Source: a virus | Taxonomy: Duplodnaviria; Heunggongvirae; Uroviricota; Caudoviricetes; Straboviridae | Virus record (IMG/VR): IMGVR_UViG_3300011728_000017 | Length of the DNA stretch: 64,000 nucleotides | Strand: one strand, 5' to 3' | In this document: positions 55,316 through 64,000 of the stretch, piece after piece | How positions within the stretch are numbered: the stretch's first letter is position 1 | Layout of the letters: the number at the start of each line of letters is the position of its first letter | Notes under the pieces: generated by a model | Databases searched by the model: none | Told to the model about the DNA's origin: nothing | Seen by the model: only the letters and a program-made list of their open reading frames with translations | Program-made: the position numbers and the translations under genes

Positions 55316-55983
55316 GATTTAAAACCCCGTTTGTAGGTGATGAAGGGAATTCCCATCTTAAACCAATCGCGGTGTATAAGCTGTATCTGGTGATGAAAAA
55401 CCATTTTTCCGGCAGATATGACGCAATAAAATACAGATGGGAGATCAAGATCACTGATGCCGCATTTGAAAAACGTAAAGACAGATATTTTTTCGCTAAA
55501 TTATCTGAACGCTTTACTTTTAAGGAAATATACTTTATATTCCTTTCAAATATGATTGCCAACCCGGATTTCTGGGTTGGTGATATAAACGAAGATAGTA
55601 TTGTGTTTTATCGTCAATATATTGGAAAATTGAGACGAATTGATAATATTTTCGTGGATGATGTAAAAAGCCTGTATGAATTTTCACGGATGAAAGATTT
55701 ACCCCTTTCCCAGATATTCCAATATAGCCTCAAATCCTCCACCTCGTATATCAGTAAACTCGTACAGTCAGGAGTTATTTCTTACGAAACTCTCTTGATT
55801 CTGGATTCGTTTTTATCCATCATAAATAAGCATGATGAAATCGCGAATGATTTCGTTTGGCATGAATTTAGTAAAAAACTGAACGCATACAAAAAAATAG
55901 TAGAAATCAGTCAAGAAGAAATCAGCAAATACAAAACTTTAATGAAACAAACCTTAATTAAATTAAACGAGATAAATAAATGA
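55312..55983 (+). CDS. 59: Helicase loader gp59
   Basis: VYKLYLVMKNHFSGRYDAIKYRWEIKITDAAFEKRKDRYFFAKLSE closely parallels T4 gp59. Confidence 0.9.
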   Translation: MRFKTPFVGDEGNSHLKPIAVYKLYLVMKNHFSGRYDAIKYRWEIKITDAAFEKRKDRYFFAKLSERFTFKEIYFIFLSNMIANPDFWVGDINEDSIVFYRQYIGKLRRIDNIFVDDVKSLYEFSRMKDLPLSQIFQYSLKSSTSYISKLVQSGVISYETLLILDSFLSIINKHDEIANDFVWHEFSKKLNAYKKIVEISQEEISKYKTLMKQTLIKLNEINK

Positions 55984-56954
55984 GTATTTTTAAACGTCAA
56001 GACCCAACCAAATTACAAGAACAAGTTGCAGCGCTGAAAGGTTCCGGCGGCTATCAGAAAGACGAGAAAGAATGGCGTCTGAATACCGATAGTAATAAAA
56101 ATGGATCTGCTGTAATTCGTTTCCTCCCTCCACGTTCCGATGATGAACTGGCCTTTGTTAAACTGATTAGCCACTCATTCAAGAAAAATAACAAATGGTA
56201 TATCAACAACTGTACCGCTACTCATGGCGATTACGACAGTTGCCCGGTATGTCAGTATATTTCTGAAAACGATCTGTATGAAAAAGCTAAAGCCAATAAA
56301 GGCGGCGAAGCTGATAAACTGAATGCACTGCTGGCACGTAAAACAAGCTACTGGGCGAATATTCTGGTTGTACGCGATCCTTCTAATCCAGATAATAACG
56401 GCAAAGTCTTTAAATTCCGTTTCGGTAAATCCATCATGGATAAAATCACCGCGAAACTGAAAGGCGATGAAGAACTGGGTATTGCTGGCGTTAACGTTAC
56501 CTGTCCGTTTGGCGGCATGAACCTGACCCTGAAATGCAAAGACAAAGGCGGTTGGGCTAACTACGACGATAGCGCATTTGATAGCGTTTCTGAAATCAAA
56601 GATATCAACGAAGAAGCTACACAGAAAGCAATCTTTGAAGGTATGAGCGATCTTCGTCCGATTAATGCACCAGACCAGTTCAAACCTAAAGCCGACCTCC
56701 TGAAAGTGTTTAACGGCGTTATGGGCGGGGCTTTACTGGGTGGCGCGGCGGCTAGTGCTTCTGCTGACCTGGATAAAGAACTTAGCGGTTTCGATCAGGA
56801 ACTGGCTGAATTCAACCAGACCAAAGACACTAAGGTATCCGGCGGCGTTTCCAACGTGAGCACAAGTTCTGTACCAGACGACAAAGACGATGTTCCGTTT
56901 GATGTTGGTTCCGGTTCCGGTGATGAAGATCTTGATGCACTGCTGAACTTCTAA
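55980..56954 (+). CDS. 32: Single-stranded DNA-binding protein gp32
   Basis: AVIRFLP, HGDYDSCPVCQYIS (zinc site), KTSYWANILVV, KVFKFRFGK match T4 gp32; acidic C-terminal tail. Confidence 0.92.
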   Translation: MSIFKRQDPTKLQEQVAALKGSGGYQKDEKEWRLNTDSNKNGSAVIRFLPPRSDDELAFVKLISHSFKKNNKWYINNCTATHGDYDSCPVCQYISENDLYEKAKANKGGEADKLNALLARKTSYWANILVVRDPSNPDNNGKVFKFRFGKSIMDKITAKLKGDEELGIAGVNVTCPFGGMNLTLKCKDKGGWANYDDSAFDSVSEIKDINEEATQKAIFEGMSDLRPINAPDQFKPKADLLKVFNGVMGGALLGGAAASASADLDKELSGFDQELAEFNQTKDTKVSGGVSNVSTSSVPDDKDDVPFDVGSGSGDEDLDALLNF

Positions 56955-56972
56955 GTTATTTGTGGGGCTTCG
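56952..56972 (+). terminator. GGGGC-UUCG-GCCCC hairpin + ATTTT after gp32
   Basis: Same hairpin sequence as at 1834 and 63038. Confidence 0.5.
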
Positions 56973-56994
56973 GCCCCATTTTAAAGAGTATATT

Positions 56995-57261
56995 ATGTCC
57001 GACGAACAGAACTCCTATGTAGCCCATTTGAATAAGATCCGTAAACTTTGGGTTGCTGCTATTCCAGAAGAAAAGAAAGCGGAATTGAAAACCTTCACCA
57101 AAGAAGAACGTTTAATTAAATATCAGAAAATCGACCAAGATATTTTTGACTTGAATATTAAACTTCTCCATAATGAACGTCAGAAACAAGGCAAGGTAAA
57201 TACCGACGCTGTTTTGAATGATGCGGTAAATTTAGTAATTACAAACTTAGAAATTAATTGA
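56995..57261 (+). CDS. Hypothetical protein upstream of gp45
   Basis: ATG 56995 (MSDEQNSY); 89 aa. Confidence 0.45.
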   Translation: MSDEQNSYVAHLNKIRKLWVAAIPEEKKAELKTFTKEERLIKYQKIDQDIFDLNIKLLHNERQKQGKVNTDAVLNDAVNLVITNLEIN

Positions 57262-57277
57262 AATATATAGGCTGAAT

Positions 57278-57943
57278 ATGAAATTCTCGAAACAAACTAT
57301 TGATATCCTGAAAAACTTCTCCCAGATCAACTCTTCCATCATGCTAACCAAAGGTTCGTTTATTATGACGAAAACCCTGAATAGCGTGGTATATGCAGAA
57401 GCACAAATTCCTGATGTGATTGATGAAGATGTCGGGATTTATGATCTGAACTCCTTCCTGAATATGCTGAACGTCGTGGGCGTGGATTCTGAAATCCAGC
57501 ATGATATTACCACTGGTGAAATTATCATTCGTGGCGATAAAATGAAAATCGTCGAACGTTCCGCAGATCCAACCACGATTGTGAAACCGAAAAAACGTCT
57601 GGAAATGCCTGTTGCTGATCTGATTTTCCAAATCACTTCAAACGATTTTGAGAAACTGATCAAAGCATCACGAATGATGAAACTCACTAATCTGTCAGTG
57701 AGTCCAATCAACGGCAAACTGGTAATGACTGCCAACAGTAAAGAAAGTGCTTCTACATTCTCTGTTGAAGTTGGCGACTATGAAGGCGATAATGTTTTCA
57801 ACTTCGATATGAAAATTGATAACCTGCTTTTCATCAACAGCGATTACAAAGTAGAAATTTCCTCGAAAGGTGCTGCTAAGTTTTCCTCTGATAACGGCGT
57901 TTCATACGTAGTAGTTCTGGAATCAACCAGTAAGTTTCAATAA
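57278..57943 (+). CDS. 45: Sliding clamp gp45
   Basis: MKFSKQTIDILKNFSQINSSIMLTKGSFIMTK against T4 MKLSKDTTALLKNFATINSGIMLKSGQFIMTR. Confidence 0.92.
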   Translation: MKFSKQTIDILKNFSQINSSIMLTKGSFIMTKTLNSVVYAEAQIPDVIDEDVGIYDLNSFLNMLNVVGVDSEIQHDITTGEIIIRGDKMKIVERSADPTTIVKPKKRLEMPVADLIFQITSNDFEKLIKASRMMKLTNLSVSPINGKLVMTANSKESASTFSVEVGDYEGDNVFNFDMKIDNLLFINSDYKVEISSKGAAKFSSDNGVSYVVVLESTSKFQ

Positions 57944-57995
57944 TTAATTTATGAACAAGGAGGCTAATAGCCTCCTTTATTTTGAAGGTAATATT

Positions 57996-58994
57996 ATGCA
58001 AATTAGCGACAATGTAGAACTGATCGAAACCAAATACGGTAAAATTTCCCGCTCTCCTGATGAATTCATGTGGGATCAGCGTTATCGTCCTACCATCCTG
58101 GAAGAATGTATTATCCCGGCTTCTGATAAGAAAATCATGGAAGGGATCATTAAGAACGGTCGTATCGATAATATGACTCTGGTTTCTGATTCTCCGGGTA
58201 CTGGTAAAACCACACTCGCACTGGTGCTGGCTAAAGCGGTTGATGCGGAAGTGCTGTTTGTGAACGGTTCTGATTGTAAAGTCGATTTTATCCGCAACAC
58301 TCTCGATCCGTTTGCCTCAAGCATGACCATGAAGAAAGGCGGGAAAATCATCCTGATCGATGAATTCGACCGACCTGGACTAGCAGAAGCACAGAAGCAC
58401 ATGCGTAGCTTTATTGAAGCGTACAGCAAGACCTGCTCAGTTGTCGTGACCGCTAACAACATCAACGGTATCCACGAAGCGCTGTTGTCGCGTTGCCCTC
58501 CGATTAAGTTCGGTAGCCCTTCACAGGAAGAACGTGTTGCCCTGATGAAGCAGATGATTATGCGTTGTTTTGGTATCCTTGATATCGAGCAAATCGAGTA
58601 TGATCGCAAGGTTGTTGCTGCTTTCGTTCAGAATCATTACCCGGACGCGCGATCCATTGTCAAGGCTATTGGTCGTTACGCTAAACAAGGTAAAATTGAT
58701 GCCGGGATCCTGACCGAAATTATCGGTAGCGATCTGGCCGGGGTTATTGAAATGCTCAAAGCGAAAAACTTTAAAGGTCTTCGCACGGAAGCAATCAAGT
58801 ATGCGCCGGAATACGAAACTTTCGTTGGTCGTCTGACTGAATCAATTTACCCAAAAGTCACTAATGAATCCAAAGTTTCTCTGATCCAGACCATCGGTGA
58901 AAATAACGCACAGTACGGACTTGCAGCAAATAAAGAAGTTCATCTTCAATATCTTCTGATGAATCTGATGTTTGGCCTTGCCTGGGAGGAATAA
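57996..58994 (+). CDS. 44: Clamp-loader large subunit gp44 (AAA+)
   Basis: Walker A SPGTGKTT, DEFD, SRC motif (LSRCPPIKF); ATG 57996 after an RBS-containing hairpin (aaggaggctaatagcctcctt), which is a possible RegA operator. Confidence 0.88.
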   Translation: MQISDNVELIETKYGKISRSPDEFMWDQRYRPTILEECIIPASDKKIMEGIIKNGRIDNMTLVSDSPGTGKTTLALVLAKAVDAEVLFVNGSDCKVDFIRNTLDPFASSMTMKKGGKIILIDEFDRPGLAEAQKHMRSFIEAYSKTCSVVVTANNINGIHEALLSRCPPIKFGSPSQEERVALMKQMIMRCFGILDIEQIEYDRKVVAAFVQNHYPDARSIVKAIGRYAKQGKIDAGILTEIIGSDLAGVIEMLKAKNFKGLRTEAIKYAPEYETFVGRLTESIYPKVTNESKVSLIQTIGENNAQYGLAANKEVHLQYLLMNLMFGLAWEE

Positions 58995-59566
58995 TGAGCT
59001 TATCCGCTTTCCTTGACGAAGAAGAATTATCCCCGCATGAAATGGCATGGCGGTCTAAAGACTGGGATGCGGTGGAAGAACTGACGAAGGAATACACCAA
59101 GAGTAAAGAGAATACTTTGTTTATGGTTCTGGATCAGTTGAATGATGGTAAGAAACGCCTGAACATTTCCGGGCTTGATACCTATGATAAGTTCTTTATT
59201 GACAATGCAATGAGTCAGCACGTTGACACGATGATCCCTGCTTATGTCATGAATCTGATTGGTTCGGGGTTATCTGACCAGGCGCATTTTGATTATTATC
59301 TCCATTCCGTGCGCAAGGGTAGACGCTCAGGCGCATGGGCAAAACTTTCTTACGACTGGGAAGAAAAGATTATTCTTCGTATCCTCGAAAGCAAGTACGG
59401 TATAAATACAAGAAATGCAATGGAGTATTACGAAGAACTCAAAGAGATTAATAAACTCGAAGAGTGGAAACGTAAAAACGTCAAAGTTGCGTTGTCTGTA
59501 TTGGGTGATGTTGTCAAAAATAAAACCGATCAGAAAAAGGTTGAGAAAATTATACAAAAATGGTAG
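58994..59566 (+). CDS. 62: Clamp-loader small subunit gp62
   Basis: MSLSAFLDEEELSPHEMAWRSKDW against T4 MSLFKDDIQLNEHQVAWYSKDW. Confidence 0.88.
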   Translation: MSLSAFLDEEELSPHEMAWRSKDWDAVEELTKEYTKSKENTLFMVLDQLNDGKKRLNISGLDTYDKFFIDNAMSQHVDTMIPAYVMNLIGSGLSDQAHFDYYLHSVRKGRRSGAWAKLSYDWEEKIILRILESKYGINTRNAMEYYEELKEINKLEEWKRKNVKVALSVLGDVVKNKTDQKKVEKIIQKW

Positions 59567-59572
59567 ATACTT

Positions 59573-59941
59573 ATGAATATGTTAGAGATTCAACTTAGTG
59601 ACGATGATAGCTTTCTGAAAATCCGCGAGACGCTTACCCGGATCGGCATCGCCAATAATAAAACTAAAACCCTGTGGCAAAGCGCACACATTCTGCAAAA
59701 ACAAGGCAAATACTTCATTGTCCACTTCAAAGAACTCCTCCGCCTGGACGGTCGTCATACGGATATGGACAAGGATGATGAATTGCGCCGTAATAACATC
59801 GCCCGGTTGCTCGAAGAGTGGGGGATGTTAAAGATTTTAACCCCGGTAGAGTTTGCCGAAGAAAATACTTTCAGAGTATTGACACACGCGCAAAAGTCTG
59901 ATTGGAAATTGCAGTACAAATATAAAATCGGTAATAAATGA
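59573..59941 (+). CDS. regA: Translational repressor RegA
   Basis: FLKIRETLTRIGIANNK...FIVHFKELLRLDGR against T4 FLKVKETLTRMGIANNK...YIVHFKEMLRMDGR. Confidence 0.9.
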   Translation: MNMLEIQLSDDDSFLKIRETLTRIGIANNKTKTLWQSAHILQKQGKYFIVHFKELLRLDGRHTDMDKDDELRRNNIARLLEEWGMLKILTPVEFAEENTFRVLTHAQKSDWKLQYKYKIGNK

Positions 59942-59944
59942 TCC

Positions 59945-60005
59945 TAAACCCTTGACTTTGGTCAGGGGTTTTTTGTATATTAGGGGTGTTGAAACGAAAC
60001 GGGAT
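59945..60005 (+). promoter_or_regulatory. PeSL-like cassette (aaacccTTGACTttggtcaggggttt + TTTT, -10 TATATT, GTTGAAACGAAACGGG leader)
   Basis: Same architecture as the other cassettes. Confidence 0.55.
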
Positions 60006-60021
60006 TAATGAGGAATATATT

Positions 60022-60339
60022 ATGAAAATCAAAGATATTTTGAATGAACTGAATAACCCGAATGTGTTTGAAAATTATTTCATCACCAGACGCGAAGTCG
60101 AAGAAATGATTCTGTCTTTGACCTGCAATCTGACCGATAGCCGCACTGTTAATTATGCGCGTGAAAACTTCCCTAAGTTTTATGAAGAAATGATTCCCGA
60201 ATATAAAAAGTTTCGTGATGCGATTAAGGATTGTGATATGCCGATTCATTTGACACTGACCGAGAAAACCATTGTAATGATGGGAAACGCATACGATGCG
60301 TTTAAAGAAAGAATGGAGAACATGGAATTTAATGAATGA
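60022..60339 (+). CDS. Hypothetical protein between regA and gp43
   Basis: ATG 60022 (MKIKDILNEL); 105 aa; overlaps the gp43 start. Confidence 0.5.
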   Translation: MKIKDILNELNNPNVFENYFITRREVEEMILSLTCNLTDSRTVNYARENFPKFYEEMIPEYKKFRDAIKDCDMPIHLTLTEKTIVMMGNAYDAFKERMENMEFNE

Positions 60340-63031
60340 GTTTTATCTAGCAGTCGAACAAAACAGAAACTTGATTTTTGAACGTTTCATTGATTCCAAC
60401 GGAAACGAACAAATAAGAAAAACCGAGTATAAGCCGACGATGTTTCAACACGCTATGGCAGGTGTTGAAACTCCTTACAAGGATATCTACGGTAAAAACT
60501 GCATTAAGAAAGAATTTGATACGATAAAGGATGCGCGAAACTGGATGCAGCGCATGAAAGATGTTGGCATGGAAGCTTTAGGGATGGACGATTTCCGCCT
60601 GGCTTACATTTCTGATAATTATCGTGGTGAGATTGATTATAACCGCGATAAAATCCGCATTGCTTCCCTTGATATCGAAGTTACCGCGCCTGAATTCCCG
60701 GATCCCCGTGACGCAAAATATGAAATCGATGCAATCACTCATTATGATAGCGTCGAAGATATTTTTTATGTTTACGACCTACTGGGCGAAGGGATGGACG
60801 AATGGAAAAAATCAAAAGTCGATACAGATGATATTCCGGCTGAATATCTGGACAAGATTGAATATCGTTCTTTCCTTTCTGAAAAATCATTACTGTCTGC
60901 GTATATTAAAGACTGGCGACAACGTACCCCTGTTATTGTTACAGGCTGGAACTCAGACCGATTCGATATCGCTTATATCATTACGCGCTATCTGAAAGTA
61001 TTCGGTGAAAACGTCGTTAAGTTCTTTAGCCCGTTTGGGCGCGTCACAGCCCGTACATCGACCGATAACTACGGTAACGAGCAATTGGGTTACGATATCG
61101 CTGGCGTTGCTCAGATGGACGGCATGGCGCTTTATAAGAAGTTTGCTTTTACTCCGCAACCATCTTATTCTCTGGGTGCTATTGCAGAATATGAAACCGG
61201 GAAAACAAAAGTTGATTATGAAGGTTCCCTGTCTGAATTAAGACAAATGGATCACCAGAAATATATCACGTATAACATCGTTGACGTTCTGCGTGTACTT
61301 GATATCGATGGTAAACGAAACTTTATTGAACTGGTTCTGTCTGTTGCTTATTACGCCAAGATTAACTTCCCTGGGGTAATGAGTCCGTTAAAAACATGGG
61401 ATGCGATCATTTATAATTCTCTCAGAGAAGAGAAAAAAGTAATCCCGGAAAACAAGAATCATATTAAGACACCGTATGAAGGTGCATATGTTAAAGAACC
61501 TGTTATTAGCGCATACCGCTATATTATTAGTTTCGACTTAACAAGCCTGTATCCTTCTATTATTCGCCAGGTAAATATCAGTCCTGAAACTATTGTTGCT
61601 TCTTTCGCGGTTCGCCCACTGGAAGAGTACATTAATAAAACCGCACCACGTCCGAGCGATGAATATAGCTGTTCACCTAACGGATGGATGTTCAAACGTG
61701 ACGTTAAAGGCGTGATTCCAGTCGAGATCAAGAAAGTATTTGATCAGCGTAAGATGTGGAAGAAGCGCATGATGGCGGCGGAACGTAACCTTGAACTGAT
61801 TAAACACGAACTTGAACATCTGACAGATTCACACAGTCAAATGATCAACCCTGATTTCGAGTTTTATGATGATTTCAGCGATGAATCAAAAGCTGTACTG
61901 AAAACACTTACTAAGCAAATGCTTAAAGCTGTTAAGAAAGTTTGTGAGAAGAAAATAGCACAGGCGAACACTGCACAGCTTAACCGTAAGATCAGTATCA
62001 ACAGCCTTTATGGTGCCCTGGGTAACGAACACTTCCGTTACTTTGATATTCGAAACGCTTCTGCAATCACGATGTTTGGTCAGTTGGCTATTCAGTGGAT
62101 CGAGCGAAAAGTAAATGAATATCTGAACCGCACCTGTAAAACCGAAGATGTTGAATACGTCCGATATTGTGATACTGACTCCATCTATGTCTGTGTGGAT
62201 AACGTGTTTAATATGGTCGGCGGTGAATCCAGATTCAGGGATAATAACCATTGGGTTGACTTCATGGATAAATTCGCAAGGGAACGTATGGAGCCTGCAA
62301 TCGACGAGGCTTATCGCGAACTGTGTGAATACATGAACAACGTCGAACACCTGATGTTTATGGATCGTGAAATTATCTCCGGGCCTCCTCTGGGTTCGAA
62401 AGGTATGGGTAGCTTCTGGACGGCTAAAAAACGATACGCGGCTAACGTGTGGGATTCAGAAGGAACCCGCTTCGAGAAACCGAAGATCAAAATCATGGGC
62501 ATGGAAACCCAGCGATCCAGTACCCCAACAGCGGTTAAAACGTTCCTGAAAGAAGGTGTGCGGCGAATTCTCCAGGAAGGCGAAGAATCCCTACAGGAAC
62601 AGTTTAAAGCCTTCGAGGTGGAATATAAGGCGATGGACTACCGGGAAATTGCGGGTGTTTCGTCTGCGAATAATATTTCAAAGTATAACGATGGTAATGG
62701 GTATCCGATTAAAGGAACTCCGAACCATATCAAAGGTGTTTTATTCTTCAACAGGTTTACCCGTGGTATTGATGGCGTAACGCCTATCATGGAAGGTGAA
62801 AAAGTTATGATCCTTCCGTTGAAAGATAAAAACCCGTGGATGTCTGATTGTATTTCATGGCAGTCAGGAACACGTCTACCGCAGGCAATTGAATCAGATA
62901 TTCTTAAATGGGTTGATTATTCAGGAATGTTTGAAAAACATGTTGTGAGTCCATTGAAAACGATGACCGACGCCTGTAAAATAGATTACGAAAAACGAGC
63001 ATCACTAAATGATTTATTTGGTGACTGGTAA
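60332..63031 (+). CDS. 43: DNA polymerase gp43 (family B, with 3'-5' exonuclease)
   Basis: Start MNEFYLAVEQ against T4 MKEFYISIET; exo motifs, SLYPSIIRQVNISPET, YGDTDS-like YCDTDS and KKRY are all conserved. Confidence 0.95.
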   Translation: MNEFYLAVEQNRNLIFERFIDSNGNEQIRKTEYKPTMFQHAMAGVETPYKDIYGKNCIKKEFDTIKDARNWMQRMKDVGMEALGMDDFRLAYISDNYRGEIDYNRDKIRIASLDIEVTAPEFPDPRDAKYEIDAITHYDSVEDIFYVYDLLGEGMDEWKKSKVDTDDIPAEYLDKIEYRSFLSEKSLLSAYIKDWRQRTPVIVTGWNSDRFDIAYIITRYLKVFGENVVKFFSPFGRVTARTSTDNYGNEQLGYDIAGVAQMDGMALYKKFAFTPQPSYSLGAIAEYETGKTKVDYEGSLSELRQMDHQKYITYNIVDVLRVLDIDGKRNFIELVLSVAYYAKINFPGVMSPLKTWDAIIYNSLREEKKVIPENKNHIKTPYEGAYVKEPVISAYRYIISFDLTSLYPSIIRQVNISPETIVASFAVRPLEEYINKTAPRPSDEYSCSPNGWMFKRDVKGVIPVEIKKVFDQRKMWKKRMMAAERNLELIKHELEHLTDSHSQMINPDFEFYDDFSDESKAVLKTLTKQMLKAVKKVCEKKIAQANTAQLNRKISINSLYGALGNEHFRYFDIRNASAITMFGQLAIQWIERKVNEYLNRTCKTEDVEYVRYCDTDSIYVCVDNVFNMVGGESRFRDNNHWVDFMDKFARERMEPAIDEAYRELCEYMNNVEHLMFMDREIISGPPLGSKGMGSFWTAKKRYAANVWDSEGTRFEKPKIKIMGMETQRSSTPTAVKTFLKEGVRRILQEGEESLQEQFKAFEVEYKAMDYREIAGVSSANNISKYNDGNGYPIKGTPNHIKGVLFFNRFTRGIDGVTPIMEGEKVMILPLKDKNPWMSDCISWQSGTRLPQAIESDILKWVDYSGMFEKHVVSPLKTMTDACKIDYEKRASLNDLFGDW

Positions 63032-63037
63032 ATGATC

Positions 63038-63058
63038 GGGGGCTTCGGCCCCTTTAAT
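63038..63058 (+). terminator. GGGGC-UUCG-GCCCC hairpin + TTTAATTT after gp43
   Basis: Third copy of this hairpin. Confidence 0.5.
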
Positions 63059-63102
63059 TTGAGAGAAATATATTATGAGAAAATACAAACCGGAAAAATT
63101 AA

Positions 63103-64000
63103 ATGTCAAAAGCACTACTGAAAAAATTAATCAAAAACTCGAATAACGACTCAACTGCTGTATTATCTGAAAGTACCGTTTTTAATAACATCACCAAAAC
63201 CCGAACCCGTGTACCGATCCTGAACTTTGTTCTGTCTGGTTCCTTTGATGGTGGTTTGACTTCTGGCCTGACGTTGTTTGCTGGCCCGTCAAAACACTTT
63301 AAATCGAATCTGGGGCTGCTGACTGTTGCTGCATACCTGAAATCGGATCCTGACGCTGTATGCCTGTTCTACGATTCAGAAAAAGGCGTTACTAAGTCTT
63401 ATCTGAAATCAATGGGCGTTGATCCTGATCGTGTGGTGTATACCCGTATCACGACCGTTGAACAGCTTCGTAACGATGTTGTTTCGCAGTTGGATAGTCT
63501 GGAACGTGGTGACAAAGTGATCGTGTTCGTTGATTCCGTGGGCAACACTGCAAGTAAAAAAGAACTGAAAGATGCTCTGGAAGATAACGACAAGCAGGAT
63601 ATGACCCGCGCTAAGGCGCTAAAAGGTATGTTCCGTATGGTAACACCTTACCTGTCTGATCTTGATATTCCGATGGTCTGTATTTGTCATACCTACGAAA
63701 CTCAGGAAATGTACAGCAAATCGGTTATTTCCGGCGGTACTGGTCTGATTTATTCCGCAGACACCGCGATCATTATCGGTAAACGTCAGGTGAAAGAAGG
63801 AACCGAAGTTACTGGTTATGATTTTATTCTGAACGTGGAGAAATCCCGTTTCATCAGAGAAAAATCCAAATTCCCTCTTCATGTAACTTATGAGGGCGGT
63901 ATCAGTATGTACTCCGGGTTGCTGGATCTTGCTCAGGAAGTCGGTTTTGTTGTTAAACCTAAAAATGGTTGGTATGCTCGCGCATTCCTGGATGAAGAAA
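63103..64000 (+). CDS. uvsX: RecA-like recombinase UvsX (partial, runs off the window end)
   Basis: MGVDPDRVVYTRITTVEQLRNDVVSQLD...CICHTYETQEMYSK...FVVKPKNGWYARAFLDEE aligns with T4 UvsX; Walker A region GPSKHFKS. Confidence 0.9.
   Translation, partial: MSKALLKKLIKNSNNDSTAVLSESTVFNNITKTRTRVPILNFVLSGSFDGGLTSGLTLFAGPSKHFKSNLGLLTVAAYLKSDPDAVCLFYDSEKGVTKSYLKSMGVDPDRVVYTRITTVEQLRNDVVSQLDSLERGDKVIVFVDSVGNTASKKELKDALEDNDKQDMTRAKALKGMFRMVTPYLSDLDIPMVCICHTYETQEMYSKSVISGGTGLIYSADTAIIIGKRQVKEGTEVTGYDFILNVEKSRFIREKSKFPLHVTYEGGISMYSGLLDLAQEVGFVVKPKNGWYARAFLDEE

Noticed and set aside
58082-58609. 175-aa antisense ORF within gp44
   Set aside because: It is fully embedded antisense in a conserved AAA+ clamp-loader gene and has no RBS context.
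1-64000. IS elements, transposases, integrase or attachment sites
   Set aside because: No transposase or integrase-like ORFs and no terminal inverted repeats flanking genes were seen. The content is consistent with a strictly lytic T4-type genome.

Overview
This window reads as a 64-kb stretch of a T4-like myovirus genome (Straboviridae/Tevenvirinae type). The gene content is recognisable from the translated ORFs. On the + strand: PhoH, a bifunctional NMN-adenylyltransferase/Nudix (NatV-like), a Dcm-type C5-cytosine methyltransferase, and a replication/recombination block (rnh, dsbA, gp33, gp59, gp32, gp45, gp44, gp62, regA, gp43, start of uvsX). On the - strand: baseplate hub genes 28-29-48-54-51-26-25 (gp27 sits divergently on +), DNA ligase gp30, two tRNAs, gp31, dCMP deaminase, pseT, an i/o-spanin pair, RNA ligase 1, EndoII (denA), nrdB, nrdA, td, frd, gp46, gp47 and gp55. 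Between these core genes lie accessory ('hyperplastic') regions of small ORFs. These are punctuated by at least ten copies of a compact stem-loop plus sigma70-like early-promoter cassette, resembling the PeSL elements described in RB49/phi1-type phages. Each cassette is followed by a conserved GAAACGAAAC leader box. One such region carries a triplicated small-protein paralog family (C-terminus ...RRKWVFDHAE) and a 54-bp perfect direct repeat. Candidate counter-defence or accessory genes include NatV (NAD+ reconstitution), a macro-domain protein, a NADAR protein, a minimal-NTase-fold protein, a 734-aa vWA protein, a 571-aa J-domain protein and an SPFH/band-7 protein. The presence of dcm, denA and cd, together with no alc at its T4 position, suggests unmodified or methylated-C DNA rather than hmC. 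All calls are from reading the sequence and recalling family motifs; no database search was run.
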